Shown: one piece after another, positions 13,810-27,489 of the stretch
Position numbering within the stretch: the first letter of the stretch is position 1
Layout of the letters: each line of letters starts with the position of its first letter
Source: Lama guanicoe
Taxonomy: Eukaryota
Direction of reading: 5' to 3'
Length of the DNA: 64,000 nucleotides
NCBI GenBank assembly: GCA_013239625.1
Contig: MU053156.1
Location: 374,467 to 438,466, forward strand
The notes under the pieces: model-generated
Told to the model about the DNA's origin: nothing
What the model saw: the letters and a program-made list of their open reading frames with translations, nothing else
The model's database searches: none
Position numbers and translations under genes: made by a program

Positions 13810-14103
13810 GGCATTAAGGAGATCAACACACAACTGCATGTCTTGTCTTCTATATTCTAATCTTACGGTTACCAGGGAAAGGAGGTGGGAAGGGATAAAT
13901 TTGGGATTTGCAAATATTAACCATTATGTGTAAAAAGATTGAAAAAATTTCATATGTATAGCACAGGCAACTACGTTCAATCTTCCAATAACCTTTAATG
14001 AAAATGAATACAAAAATGCATATATGTATGTATAAGTATGACTAGGACATTGTGCTGTACACCAGAAGTTGACACGTTGTAACTGACTACTTCCATAAAA
14101 AAA
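13810..14103 (+). mobile_element. LINE-1 3' UTR fragment
   Basis: ggttaccagggaaaggaggtgggaagggataaatttggga...tgtgctgtacaccagaagttgacac.ttgtaactgactacttccataaaaaaa. Confidence 0.85.
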
Positions 14104-14329
14104 GTCTGAGAATAGCTTCTTTAAAACACTGCATCTCAGAAATAATTTGTTCGAATAGTTTTAAATACAAAAAGACAAGCATCTTTATGTAATCATACTG
14201 TCAAATTGTCACTTTTTTCTTATTTACAGAAAAAATAAACACGTGGCAGCAAGTGTGTTAGGTCAACTGGCTGACTGTCTTTATGTGTAAAACCAAACCA
14301 AACAAAAAACCCAACCGTCTGCATCTACC

Positions 14330-15430
14330 GGAGGTGAGTGGAAACCTAACGGGCTCTGGTTCCCGCTGCAGGAGCAGCGGGGAGAGCGGACTAACCCAGG
14401 CGGGCGCTGGCTGTGCTGTGATGAGGTCCCAGGCGCGTCTGCGGCTGCTCCGGGCTCCTGCTGAGAAGGGAACGACGGCAGCCTTGAGACCGCCGAGCAC
14501 ACCCCCAGCTGCTTGCCACACCGCCCGCCCTCCCTTTCCAGCTGCGGGTGCGGGGCGGCCCCGAGCGGAGCCCCGCGCTCCAGCCTCGCTCCGCCGCAGC
14601 CCTCGGGGGCCCACAGAGCCCCGCGCCCGCCCTTCCTCTCGCCTCTGCGTCCGCCGGTCGGAGCGGCGTCGGTCCGGGAGGTCTCTGGGCGGCGGCGGCG
14701 GCCGCTCGTCCGGCTCCACCGTGTCCGCGGGCGGAGGCTCCGGGGCTCCGCGGAGGACGTCCGAGCTGGAGCTCTTGGGGGAGCAGAGCGGTGAGTGCGG
14801 CGCCCCTCTCCTGGCCCCCGGCCGCGGCCGCCCGGCTGCGCCGCGCGTGCGGCCCCGCCGTCCGCGGAGCCTCCCTGCCGGCCTCGCGCCCGTGCTCCGC
14901 CCCACCCCCGGTCCTTGCCCGTGCTCGCCGCCCCGTCTCAGCCCCCGGGTCCTCCGGGCGCCCCCGGTGCGTCGGGCTGCTGTGACCCTTCCGTCCCCGA
15001 CGCCGCCCGCTCCCGTGGACCTGCCCTCCAGGTCCTCACCCCGCCCGGCCCAGCCTCCCGTCCATCCCTTTCCTCCCCGTCTCCGGCGTCTCCCGACCCC
15101 CGCGCCCTTCTTGGAGCCGCACCCTTGTTCCCGCTCCGCTTCCGGTGCGTCAGCTCTGCGGCGAGGCCACCGGGAAGCCCCACTCGGGGACCGGCCCCCT
15201 TTCGCCTGGCGCGGGGAGGGTGGGATCCAGGCGTCGCTTTCCCCTGAGGCTGGGCCCGGACAAGTGCGGGCCTTACGGAAGGCGGAAAGTGGGGTCCTGG
15301 GACATTGTCGGATGGTTTTCCCCTGGGTAGGGGCTTGCTCTGGGTTCCAGGGGATATATTTTCGGAGGTGACTGGAGGACGGAGCGGTCGGGGAGTGAGG
15401 GAGTGGCGGCGGCAGTGGCGATTTGTGGCC
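14330..15430 (+). promoter_or_regulatory. CpG island promoter of a duplicated RAB6A-type 5' end
   Basis: About 1.1 kb of very high GC and dense CpG with GC boxes (ggggcgg, ccgccc), between AT-rich flanks. Contains the RAB6-like exon 1 and its donor. Confidence 0.9.
14721..14790 (+). pseudogene. RAB6A: Degenerate RAB6A exon 1 coding part (unprocessed partial duplicate; start ATG->GTG)
   Basis: ccacc-GTG reads VSAGGGSGAPRRTSELELLGEQS, against remembered RAB6A MS(T/A)[20 protein letters not shown]. It is 70 nt long and ends in a phase-1 donor G|GTGAGT. The upstream UTR gggaggtctctgggc resembles RAB6A. I found no RAB6 exon 2 (VGKTSLITRFMYD) in the window. Confidence 0.85.
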
Positions 15431-17664
15431 CTTGGGTTAGGCTGTGGCTTGTTGGAAAACCTGGTTTTTTGTCTTGACTTTCATCCCCGGCAGTTCGTTT
15501 GGCAGTGTTGAAGGTTTTCCAGTCTCTGCCAGATGCTGTATCGTGATGCTTTGACTTGGAATTTTTCACGTCACCTCATTTTTCTCTTTACAACATGAAG
15601 CTGTGTCTGATTATCCTCGCGGTGCAGACGGCAGGGATTACTGGGGAAATGAGATTTACTCCGTTTCTTGACTGTTTTCCAGTGATATAGTTAGGATTCC
15701 TGAGAGAAAAGGCAGAACGAACATCTTTGTTTTGTAGGATTTCCTTTGGAATTAGGGAGTATTAGAGGGGGAATTGATTTATCATTTATTTATCTAAATT
15801 AGATTTAAATGTTATGCCATTTTGGCTAAATGATTCTTTTTGGTTAACATTTCATAGTATCTGGTGAGTGAAGTTTTTAATGCCATTTACCTCTCAGGCT
15901 TCTGTCGCTGTATTCTATATGAGGTATAACATTCTAATTTCGTGATGGCTGTCTCTAAATATTTCTTGTGATAGTTGTGCTTTTATGCTGTATTAAGCAA
16001 ACTTGACACTGTATAATTTAGAGATGATCATCCTCCGTTGTTTTTCTCACACTTCTGACTGTCTTTAAAGTTGAGACATTGAGGTATTAGTTCTTCCAGA
16101 GTCATCAGACATTGAGTTGCCTGCTAGGTTAAAGTTTTAGGTTAGGTTATAAGACATTTCTTTCTTTTAACTGGAAAGAAGGTAGCTGATAGAAATCCAG
16201 AGCTTTTATTACCACCTTGAACTAATTTATATGGCTTTAAAAGTAGGTTAATAGTAGTTGCAAAATTGTTTCCAGTTAGACCTGAGAAATCATTTTTCTC
16301 CATTCATACATAATTTTTCCTCCCTGCCTTTTAACCAAGTCTCCTCTTTGCCTATTTTTCCAGAAGTAAATATGAACTTGTTTTTTCAGTAACTTAGTAA
16401 GACTTATAAAGTGGATCCTTGTTCAGATATTTTATGACAACTTCAAGACATTGCCATACATAAGATACAGCCTTTTGGTCATTATTGTTAAGTATGGTTT
16501 GAAGTGCTTGTTGTGTCGTCTAGGGATGTTACTGCCTGCCTTATGTTGTGATGCAGAGCTGTTTAGTGTGCATGAAAAATCCATTAATCTCTGTCCTAGG
16601 AAGATTTTAGTATGAATACACGATTACTTAAGTATTTGCATGTTTCCTTTGAATGTCTTCAGTATTTATGTTCTAATTCACATTGCAGAGTTTTATGGCT
16701 TTTCATTTCTTTAAGTCTTTACTAACTTCCCCCGCTTCCACTGTAATTCCTGAAACCATCTTAGTGGTTTTTTTTTTTTTAATATTTGATTTTTTTCAGA
16801 ACGGCCTGAGATTTACAGAAAAATTAAGATCATGCAGAGGGTTCCCATGTATCTTCACCGTGTTCCTTTGTTATTACCATCTTACATTAGTATGGTACTT
16901 TGATTATAGTTAATAAACTGATATTGATACATTACTAACTATAATTAATATGGCCTATAGTTTATTCAGATTTCTTTAGTTTTTATCTTTTCTTATTTCA
17001 CCATTCAGTTAGGTATACCACATTACATTTAGTTGTTGTATCTACTTAGATGCCTCTTAGATTTTTTTTTGGTAATTCATTTACATGCTTTTGAACTCTG
17101 GAGCTGTGAGATTAATTATCTTTTGAGGCCATTGTATTGATAAGTGATGCCATCCAGTAGCTTTAACAATGAAAGATCGATCTGTTTTCACAATGTCTGT
17201 AGCTTTCTTGTGCACTTCAAACCATACTTAACAATAATGACCAAAAGGCTGTATCTTATGTATGGCAATGTCTTGTAGGATCCATGTCATCTTGATGTAA
17301 CTCTTCGTGAATTTTTTTACTTTTAGGTTTTAGAATCTCATAATTTAACTTTCAGAGACTAACCTGTGGCAGAGCCTTTCTGTCTCCTTCATAGCATTTA
17401 CCACATTTATATCTTTTTTTGTGTGTGTATTTTGTCTGTTTCCCATTGCAGAGTGCAAGTCCCTGGAATATTAAAAACTACTATTTATTTGTTCATTGTA
17501 TCCCCAGTGCCTAGAATAGTGCCAGTCTTTTAGTAGCTTAGCTACCCAGGAAAGTTGGTAAATGAATGATGGTTGAATCTAATAGTAACCAAAGCTAGTA
17601 GTCCTCTTGGTTATGATGAAGTCAACATTTTTCCTTATGTAATTAATTGTTTAACAATAATATT

Positions 17665-17780
17665 TAGAGGGAGGATCTAACTAAGTTCGTTTGTTTTTTA
17701 ACAGAGGTACTGGGGATTGGACTCAAGACCTCGTGCATGCTAGGCGGGTGCTTGCTCTACCCCTGAGCTATATCCTCCCC
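17665..17780 (-). mobile_element. tRNA-derived SINE (camelid type)
   Basis: Reverse complement ggggaggatatagctcaggggtagagc...gcatgcacgaggtcttgagtccaatccccagtacctc with A/B boxes. Flanking aacaataa(t/c)a repeats. Confidence 0.85.
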
Positions 17781-18239
17781 CAACAATAACACTTTGTATT
17801 ACTTGATTGTAGCAGGGATACTCCAGATGCTCAGAGGACAGGGAATCCAATAATTTTTTACCCCGTCAAAAAAATAGAATACAACTGACCAGAATCTTAC
17901 ACTTTTTTTTGAGTTGAACAAAATTAGTTTTGTTTTGTTAAAGCTATTGTTAAATTATTTGCCTTTAGCATAGCACCTAAAGTATGTCAAATGATTGTTG
18001 AAGTTGTGTTCATGGGACAGATTTAAAGTTATATAGACCATTATATTTCAGTGATACACATGGCTTAATAGAGGAATGTTGAAATTCCAAAAGAAAATCA
18101 ATCAGTCAGTCAACCCTTGGGGAACTGAATTCTATCCAAGGCAAAGTATGCTATTAGAGTCATTCAGTAATCACTAGTAAAAATTGCAGATTTCAAAATA
18201 TTGAATCTGATCATTTTATTATTTTTCTGTTATTTCTGA

Positions 18240-19125
18240 CTTTTCAAAATTGAAGTATAGCAGTTACAATGTGTCAGTTCCTGGTGTACAGCACAATGTT
18301 TTAGTTACGCATATACATACATATATTTGTTTTCATATTCTTCTTTGTTAAATGTTATTACAAGGTATTGAATATAGTTCCCTGTGCTATACAGAATTTT
18401 TTACATCTATTTTTATATATAGTGGCTAACATTTGCAAATCTCAAAACTCCCAAATATATCCCTTCCCACCCCTTTTCCCCCAGTAACCATAGGTCTTTT
18501 TTTTACTCTCTTTCTGTTTTGTAGATGAGTTCATTAGTGTACTCTTTTTTTTCATTTTATAGATTCCACATATGAGTGATATTCATAAGGCATTTTTCTT
18601 TCTCTTTGTGGGTTACTTTAATAGTCTCCAGGTACATCCATGTTGCAACAAATGGCATTTTATTTTTATGGCTGAGTAGTATTCCATTGTAAAAATGTAC
18701 CACAATTTCTTCATCTAGTCATCTGTCGATGGATTATTAGGTTGTTTCTGTGTCTTGGCTATTGTAAATAGTGCTGCTGTGAACATTGGAGTGCATGTAT
18801 ATTTTTGACTTAGAGTTCTCTCTGGATATATGTCTAGGAGCGGGATTGCTGGAGCATATGCTAAGTCTATTTTTAGTTTTTTGAGGACTCTCCATACTGT
18901 TTTCCATAATGGCTGCATCAAAATACATTCCCACCAGCAGCATAGCACGGTTCCCTTTTCTCCTCTCTAGGATTTGTTGCTCATGGACTTTTTGATGATG
19001 GCCATCCTGACTGGTGTGAGGTATAGTTTTGATTTGCATTTCTCCGACAATTAGTGATACTGAGCATTTTTTCATGTGCCTGTTGGCCAGTTACATGTCT
19101 TCAGTGGAGAATTGTCTGTTTAGGT
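18240..19125 (-). mobile_element. 5'-truncated LINE-1 3' end
   Basis: ORF2p C-terminal peptides [33 protein letters not shown], plus 3' UTR. Confidence 0.92.
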
Positions 19126-22104
19126 TTTGGCACCAGGGCTGGATTTTGAAATGCCTGTTAGTGTTCTGTCACTGCTCAGGCTTTTAGTAAGGGTGAATGC
19201 CGTCTGATGCCCAATCACAAAAATATTCACAAGTGCATCCATGTTTACAGCAAATGGTAGAAGTTAGATTGTAAAAGCTGTATTTAATGCTGTTTTCAGC
19301 TATTTGTACGTATTTAATTATGCACATTTACCCTTAAAAAAAAACCCTGAGCTTGCTTTGAGGTCTGGTTTGCTTTAAAATGCCCCCAGAAGATGACTAC
19401 AGAAACGCTGTACCTTTTTTTTTTCTGGCCTAATCATGAAAGCTTTCCTAAATTCCTAAAATCTAAGCAATGGGGTCATTCTGTACCCTCATGACTATGA
19501 GCGCTTTTTCCATCGACTACACTAGTTGGAGATTTCCTTGGATGTAAACAAGAAACTGATGGTTTTCATTGGTCCGGCCTACGGCCAGAAGCACGAGAGT
19601 GCAGCCAAGTAAGTGAGGTCCCATCGTCAGCCTTCAAACAATGGAAGGTGGCTCTTCTCTCAGGATACCTCAGAACAGTATTTATTTATTAGTGCATGAC
19701 CATCTGACACCCAGACCAGATGAAGGCACTAGTCAACTTTTATATTTTTAGGTTGGAAATATACTAGAAGTTGTGTTTTCTTCCCAGATCCTAGTGGGTT
19801 ATCTTGTTTAAGTGCTCAGATGCACACACCCCACTGTGGAAGCCATTGTTTTAGTTTGCCATCTGGGCATTCAACTCTAGTCCTCAGATTTTTATTAGTC
19901 TTTGTAAGAGGACATTTCACTATTGTTTTAAAACCAGAGATGCACTGGCTTATTTTATTTTATTTTATTTGGCATCTGTTGAGCTAGATCAAGGAAGACT
20001 TCCAAATTTATTCACCATTTCAGAGGAAGGACTGGCATTTATAATACAGTTTTAACATGTATTTAAACCTAGTATAATATTTAAATAACTTTCAATAAAA
20101 TTAGAAAATGATTGTAATAAATCAAAGATTGTTAGTGAAAAAAGATTTTTTTGTACAAAATATGCTAGGAAAAATTATTTTATTCTCTTTGTGAAGAAAT
20201 CAACTTAAAATGAGGGAATGGTTTTTAAAATCAGAATGCTTTTAAAGTTTAAATTTAATTACCAATATATATTTAAATAGAAACTGCCATCTTAAATTTC
20301 TCAATTTTATTTTGAAAGTTATTTAAAATCTCCATTACTTTTGATAACTGGTGTTACTAATGAAGTAAAGTTGGAGAAATATTATTTTATTGCCTCAGTT
20401 TCCTTAAGACAGTTGGCCTTTCAGAGAAGGGGAAATGGTTTTAAATGGCCCAGATTAGGATAAGGAATCCATTTATTGTCCCTCAAGACACTTTTTGATA
20501 ATGCTTCCCTCATGTACTCTGGGTGGAGAACTGTCATCTACTCCAAGAGACACAAAATAGACTTAGCATAACTAAGAATCAACCATGCTCAACTCAGGAG
20601 ATACCTTGTTGATCAAAGCTCTTGGTACTGTGCACCCCTAGACTCTTGTCCTGCTGCCAGACAGTGTCTGCAGAAGCTACATCCTTCCCCAGCTCTGTGG
20701 CCTTGGTAATTGTGGCCCCAAGGAGGCAGAAGGCAATTGACCAGCAGAGATCAGGAGCTTTTATTATCTTCTGGGGTCCTCTGCACTGTGGGACACAGGT
20801 TACAACCCATCCAGGTCTGGCACAGAGAGAATCTTTCAGAAGGATTGCTTAACATCCACAGTATTTTCTGCAGTCTCTTTCTCCTTATGTCCCTCTACTG
20901 TTGACAATGGAGGGCCAAGATCTGTACTGACACCCAGGGTCCATGATGACGCCCCTAACTGTACAGTTGTGCCCCATGGTTCACAGGGACACCCTAGGTC
21001 TACTGCTGTGCCCAGTCCATATTGTCATCTCTGACTTTCCACCTCTAGGATTAGCACTGAGGCTTTGAGGATCCCAAATCACCTGAATTTTACATGTGGG
21101 GAGGTAGGATTTCTAATGGGAGGGTCGAAAAAGAGAATTAGGGTAACTGAAAGGAGAAGAAAGATAGTACCATCTCTCCTGTGTCAACTTCTTAAGGAGG
21201 ATGGAGTCGGGGACAAAGTGAAATGTTTTGGACACCTTTGTGTTAATTCTGATTCTCTTAACTCTTTGGCCGCCTCGTGGTTCATAGACCTCTTTAGTTT
21301 CAGGCCTCTGTGTTGTTAGTTTGACATATCTTCTATCTACTATCTGTTCTGGGACCTCTGTGGCACTAAAAATCATCAAATTATATACAAATCATAGACA
21401 TTCCTTCAAATATATTTTTTAAGCATGAACTATTTATCAGATCTGTTCCATATGTAAGCTTAAGGTATGCTGGTCCCTGGCATATGTATTTTTCTACTTA
21501 CAGTATTCAGGAATCTGTTTAAAGCAATCTGAGGACTGAAGCATCATTTGAGGGAATAGAATATAAGAATGCAAGTTCCAGGCCAGTTTCTCATCCCTCT
21601 AGGGCACACATCTTGGTTCATGTTGAATCCCAAGTGCCTAGAACAGCCTGGAGCCAGAAGGTGCTAAAACCAGTACCAGAGGTCATTTGAAGCTGATGTC
21701 ACTGGTGGTTTCACCCCAAATTTTATTATGAAAATTCCCAATATCCAAAAAAATGTGAAAGGGTTTCATACTGAGCACTCCTACAGCACATGCTTAGAAT
21801 TTGACCATACCTGCTCCGTCTCACGCCTGTCCATCTACTCATCTCTTTGTCCATTAATTCATCTTATGTTTAAAATGCATTTCCAAATGAACTGCAGACA
21901 TCAGTACTTTCTCCTTGTTTCCTGCTGACCATTTTACGGTTATGTTTCCTTCATTTCCTTTTCCATATTGCTGTCCTTTTGGTGGCTACTATTGCTGGAA
22001 AATCTCCTCGGAGCTCTCTGTGGTCAAATACTGTTTGCAAAAAGGAGGCAGAATGTAGTTTCAGAATCTCAGATTTATGAATATGAAAATGAACTAAAAG
22101 TCAG

Positions 22105-22480
22105 GTGTACTAGTTATCTCTTGTTGTGTAACCTGTTATCCCCAAACTCTGGTGTGAACCAACCATAAGCTTGTTTTACTTCTCACAGGTGCTGTAGGTT
22201 GGGAATTGGGGAGCCACGTGGTTGGGTGGTTCTGCTTTGAGGTCTCATGAGGCTGTACTCATGGTGTCAGAGCCACAGTCATGTGAAGGCTCCCCCATGT
22301 GGGCCCTGCCCAGGCTTCATGAGTGTCCCCATCATGTGGTGGCTGACTTCCCCCAGAGCCAGGAATCCAAGGAAGAGAGAACCAGGGAGAAGCTGTCCTT
22401 TTAATGACAGAGCGTCATTCTGCTCTTGAGAAGCAAGTCCATAGGGCATTAGGCACTACCTTTTCAAGGGAGGAGGGTCA
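22105..22480. mobile_element. MaLR (MLT1-like) LTR remnant
   Basis: tgtactagttatctcttgttgtgtaac...ccccaaactct...tctcacag...gtggctgacttcccccagagc pattern. Confidence 0.55.
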
Positions 22481-24641
22481 GAGAGGCTTTGGACGTACTC
22501 GAGAACCACCATGTGAAGGCTCTTTAGAGTAGTGTAGCTCATCCTGGATGTGACTCCACCTGTGACCCGGAGCACCTTCCTTTACCTTTCCAAGCCCCAG
22601 TCTCCCGGTGCATAAACTGATGTGTGTTAGAGCTCCTACCTGAAGGACTGCTGTGAGGTGAGATGACACTGTGTGAGCTGCTGAGTCTGGCTTCTGGTCT
22701 GTTGATGTTAATGTTAGGAAGTGGCATTTCCATTAAGGATAGAGACAGCAAAAACCGTGGCGCCAGCATCCTTACCCAGACTCTGACATGATGCTCAAGA
22801 TACAGGAAGAGACTGCATTGTAGAACAGGTAGGAGATGCTGGAAGAGGTACGGCAAGAAAACAAATCATGTGCAGCTGTCCTTTCACCCATGGGCTGCCT
22901 CAGGCAGGGCGAGGCGTGGAATAGAGCGCTGAGGGTTGTTAGGTACTCTGACCCACAAGGGCGTCAGTGAGGAAGAGTGTGCTTGGTGTAGGAAATGACA
23001 GGGTGACTGCTGGAGAGCCGTGGGACGTGCCTCCCGCAGGCCCGGAGCCCTGTGCTTTAACTTGAGAGCTGACTCCAGGTTGCTGAAAGAAGAAAACAAA
23101 TTGTTTTACTTTGGCGCCTAGGAGGGACATGTTTTTCAACATTGCAATTACTTTTGATAATAGTATGTATTTAAAATTTCAATCCTAACTTAAAATTAAC
23201 TTCCAGTTTTTGAGATAAAGTAAGGAGACCTTGATACATCTGACCCCCTTTATCCCCCACAGCTATCTCTGAGCAGTGCCAATGAGATTTATGAGCCTCG
23301 ATGTGCCCAGGGTGAGATTTTATTCTCAAATAGTACATGCTTACCACTTGAAACCATGGGAATGACTGTCTTCATTCAGACAAGCCCCTGTATAAGCCAA
23401 AGCAAGAAGTGAAATTTCGGATTGTTGCACTCTTCTCAGAGTTTAAGCCTTACAGAATGTCTTTAAATATTCTAGTAAGATAAGTACCAGACAGAAAGGA
23501 AGTAAGGAGTTGAAGCTGCCTTCCTGAAACTGTCTTGTAAGTTCTGCTCACGTTACTGGTACTGGGATGTCTTAGAATTCATATGGCTGAGCTTCCCTCC
23601 CAACATGGGGGTGTCTCTCCAGGAAGGTGAATGGTAGGGCACTGGGTTGGGAGCTCAGGATCTGGGTTCCAGTCCTGGCTTCATCATTGATTAATTCATT
23701 TGTGAAACATTTATTAAACTAATGTGTCTTAGGTCCAGAAGGGGCAGGGCAGTCAACAGAACACATTAAGTCTCTGCTCACATCGAGCTGTTTATTCCAG
23801 TGGGTAGAGACGATAAAGTTACATATATATACACAAAGGAATAGGTATGTACATGTGTGTGTTTGTGTGTGTGTGAGACAGAATGTGTGTGTTTACTGTT
23901 TTCTGTAGGGTTGTTAGAGAAGCTGTATTTGAACAGAGACCTCAAGGAACTAAAAGAATGAGCCTACACAAACAGGGAATAGCATGTGCAAAGGCCCTGA
24001 GGTGGGAGCTTGTTAGGTGCATTGGGGGAACCAGCTGGCAGTACACTGGAGCCCAGGAGGTGAGGGGACAGATATTAGGAGATAAGATCAGATAACGGGT
24101 AGGTTGGTTGGAGGAGCGGTTATACAAGATCTTCTTGTATATGTCCATGATATGGACTTTGGACTTTACTTTGAGTGAAATGAGAATTCACTGGAGAGTT
24201 CTGAGGAGAGAGGCATAAAGTGATTTGACTTAACATCTTAAAAGGATCACTGCTCTAAGAATGGATTGAGGCTCTGGAATCTGGAGAAGATTCTCTTGAA
24301 GCCTCAGTTTCATTTTTTGTAAAATGTATTATAGTAATAATGAAAATGCCTCCCAAAGGTTTTTGTGGGGTTTATGTGAGATGACTTATGTAAAGCATAT
24401 CGAACGGTGCCTGGCACATAGTACGTGCTCACTGAACACAAGCTGTGGTTAGAATAGGAACCCCCTCTGGCAGGGAGTCACTGGCCTCTGCTGCTTGAAC
24501 ACTCTGAGCTCTGGAGGCAGCATGGTTAGCAGACTGAGTTTTCCTGTGAGAACCAAGCTGAAGACAGCTGAGATCTGGCTGGATCTGGTTTTCTGTGCTT
24601 AATCCGAGGAGAATACTAGACATTTGATGATTACATGGGAA

Positions 24642-24724
24642 TGGAGTGACCGGTGCATCCCAGTTTGCTGAGACTCTCTGAGAACTGAAGTGTACCCCTC
24701 AGTCTGACACATTGGTTACCCTAA
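24642..24724. mobile_element. Short hAT (MER81-like) DNA transposon remnant
   Basis: Degenerate inverted termini gagtgacc...ggttacccta with internal cccagtttgc and cccctcagtc. Confidence 0.45.
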
Positions 24725-26800
24725 ATGTTCTGATGAATAACACAGAATGGAAAGTAAAGTCAGGCTTTTCAGTTCAGTGTATTCTCTTTCTTAGTTTCCT
24801 TGTTGTTAGAAGCTAAACAAACAAAAATCTGGCAAAAAACATGTATATGTATAACTTCAAGCCAAGATGTCTGTAGCAGAGAAGGCATTGGTTGGCATGC
24901 TCAGTGCGTATTTCTTGAATGGAACTGATGTTACTTCAGAGTTTGCAGCTTTGTGAATTTCTGCCCGTACTCCACTCTCTGCTGCTGTGTTGGAATGAAG
25001 TGGGTTGACACAGTGAGTAGTATTTCTCAATTCATGTAACTCTCAGAGCAGCATTTAGAGGTACCTTCATCCCATCCTCCATCATTTATCCACAAATACC
25101 GAGAACTGAGTCTATGCCAGAAATTTTATGTAAAATGCAGGATTTAGAATTAAATGTCTGCCTGTGTCTGGCTGTTTTCCTATTCAATCTGCCTCTTTCT
25201 GTCTTAGGTAAATAAAAGTCAGCACTGGATAAACTGCCTATTCTAGGCATTAACCTGAAACCCCTGCTGATTCTGGACAGCTGGTCTGTGCATTTTTATA
25301 ATTTTTCCTCCTTCTGCTCTAGCATCTGCCTTTGAAACTTTGGATTTGTAGATTCCTTGGGCTTCTCTCTCTGATTTTGCACGTAGCCTGTCACATTCGG
25401 CTTTCCTAGAGGTGCTCAGAGAGACCTTCTTTTTGCTGTTTTTGGTCCTGGGATCCTGCTGGCCTGGCCGACGTGTGGCTTGCTTGGACAGGGAAGGCAG
25501 TTTAGACTGAAATTGCAGCTGGAACGCAGTGTTTGGGACCAGTGAATGAGCATGCGTGTGGGTGCCTGAACGCCGCTCTCTGTATCTGGGTGGTGAGGCG
25601 GAGATGTGAACTCAGGTCCAGCCGACTCCTTGCTTGTAATTTGCAGGGGCCAGGTCAGACCACTGATGTGAATGCCTGTACACTGTGTCTGCACTCCTCC
25701 ACCTGAAAACAGTCTTTCGGGCCAGGGTTCGCCAGACTGTGATGTTTTCTACATTTTTCAGTGTGGGATAGCTGGTTTCTTGGAAAAACTTCCCAGAGAA
25801 AAGTGAGCCTTTAGTGTAATGAAAGCTCCTGACTTGGACAGTTACACTTGCCAGCACAATACCACCTGCAGGCTAGTGTGAAGTGCATCTTAGAACTACG
25901 GGAGACCAAATTTGGGGGACCCATGTTGCCCAGCCAAGAATGACTGGAGGATGTAGGTAAAATATTCACCATCAAAGCATATTCAGGCATGTTCAGTGTT
26001 TTATTGAAGGATCATTGGATATTATTCATTTCGCATGCCCTGATAACTGACCTCGGGAAGCAAAGGATCTTCAGAGGCCTTTCTATGGTGGAGTAAACCT
26101 CTGCCCTAGTTCTGGCTTCCTCTGGCCTGTCTATCCTTACACTGTGTAAACAAGTGCCTTCAACACCGTGATGGCACTTGGCATGCTGGCTTCTACCCTC
26201 ACCTCCCTTCCCGAAGAAGGTTATTGCTGTTGGTACAGGTGAATGACCTTGTGGGAGCTGGTGCTATTGGCTTGAGGTCTGCCCTGTGACTGTGCTCTGA
26301 CCCTTTGGCCTGGAGCAGTGGTGGCAAACCCAGAACCTCATCCCTGGCCAGGTGAGAGGCCTCCTGTTAAAGTGATTTGATGTCTCTAATTTTAGGGGCT
26401 AGACACACACCTGTGCATCATCCAGGACTCCCGGCAGTGGCAGAAATACTTACGCCCTCCAGCCAGGGATTTCATTGCTTGAGACATTTGGCACAGGCAG
26501 CGGGCGCTGTGCTGTGCAGAAGGGATTGATGGAGAGCCACAGCCATCCAGATATGACTCAGAGAGCATAGGAGACCACTCTTCCAGTGTCTCCAGCCACA
26601 TGGCTATTCCAGCTGTGATGGGCATGTTTCACATCGTACTTGGCTGTCCTGTGTGCATCCCAGCAGGGGGTGGCCACACGCAGTTGCAGGGCTCTGCTGT
26701 GATGCCACCGTGCGTTGCATGTTCAAATCCCGATGTGCTCTAAAGACATTCTCTGTGTGCTCCTTGTTGGTGATGTGCCCAGGTCCAGGACAGGCTTGGG

Positions 26801-27489
26801 ACATAAGACGGATCGTCTCATTCACTCCCAGCCCTCCAGATCCTCCAGGCCATCACACTTTGGTTCCAATTTCCTTTGCTTGTGGGACTGTGGGAGAAAT
26901 GTGCACCTTCTCGAAAATAATACATCCGTGAACTAGGAACGTTGCTTTCCCTATATTTTAAACAATACTGGGAATTAATATTTTTATTTTTGTCAGTGTG
27001 ACATGAGAAAAACGGGCTTCATTGTTTTATTTGCATTCCCTTAAGTATTAGCGTGTATTTATTAGCTCTTTGTCTTCATCTGCGTTTGATCCTTTGACTC
27101 CGTTAACCCTCCCACGCATCACGCCGTGGCAGGCACAAGAGAGCACATAAGACGGATCGTCTCATTCACTCCCAGCCCTCCAGATCCTCCAGGCCATCAC
27201 ACTTTTGGTTCCAATTTCCTTTGCTTGTGGGACTGTGGGAGAAATGTGCACCTTCTCGAAAATAATACATCCGTGAACTAGGAACGTTGCTTTCCCTATA
27301 TTTTAAACAATACTGGGAATTAATATTTTTATTTTTGTCAGTGTGACATGAGAAAAACGGGCTTCATTGTTTTATTTGCATTCCCTTAAGTATTAGCGTG
27401 TATTTATTAGCTCTTTGTCTTCATCTGCGTTTGATCCTTTGACTCCGTTAACCCTCCCACGCATCACGCCGTGGCAGGCACAAGAGAGC
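26801..27489. repeat. Head-to-tail tandem duplication, 344/345-bp unit
   Basis: 26801-27144 repeated at 27145-27489. The only difference I saw is one extra T in a T-run. Confidence 0.95.

Noticed and set aside
14283..15371. 362-aa + strand ORF as a stand-alone gene
   Set aside because: Low-complexity Arg/Pro/Ala frame expected in a CpG island. It reads through a splice donor, and only 14721-14790 has recognisable homology.
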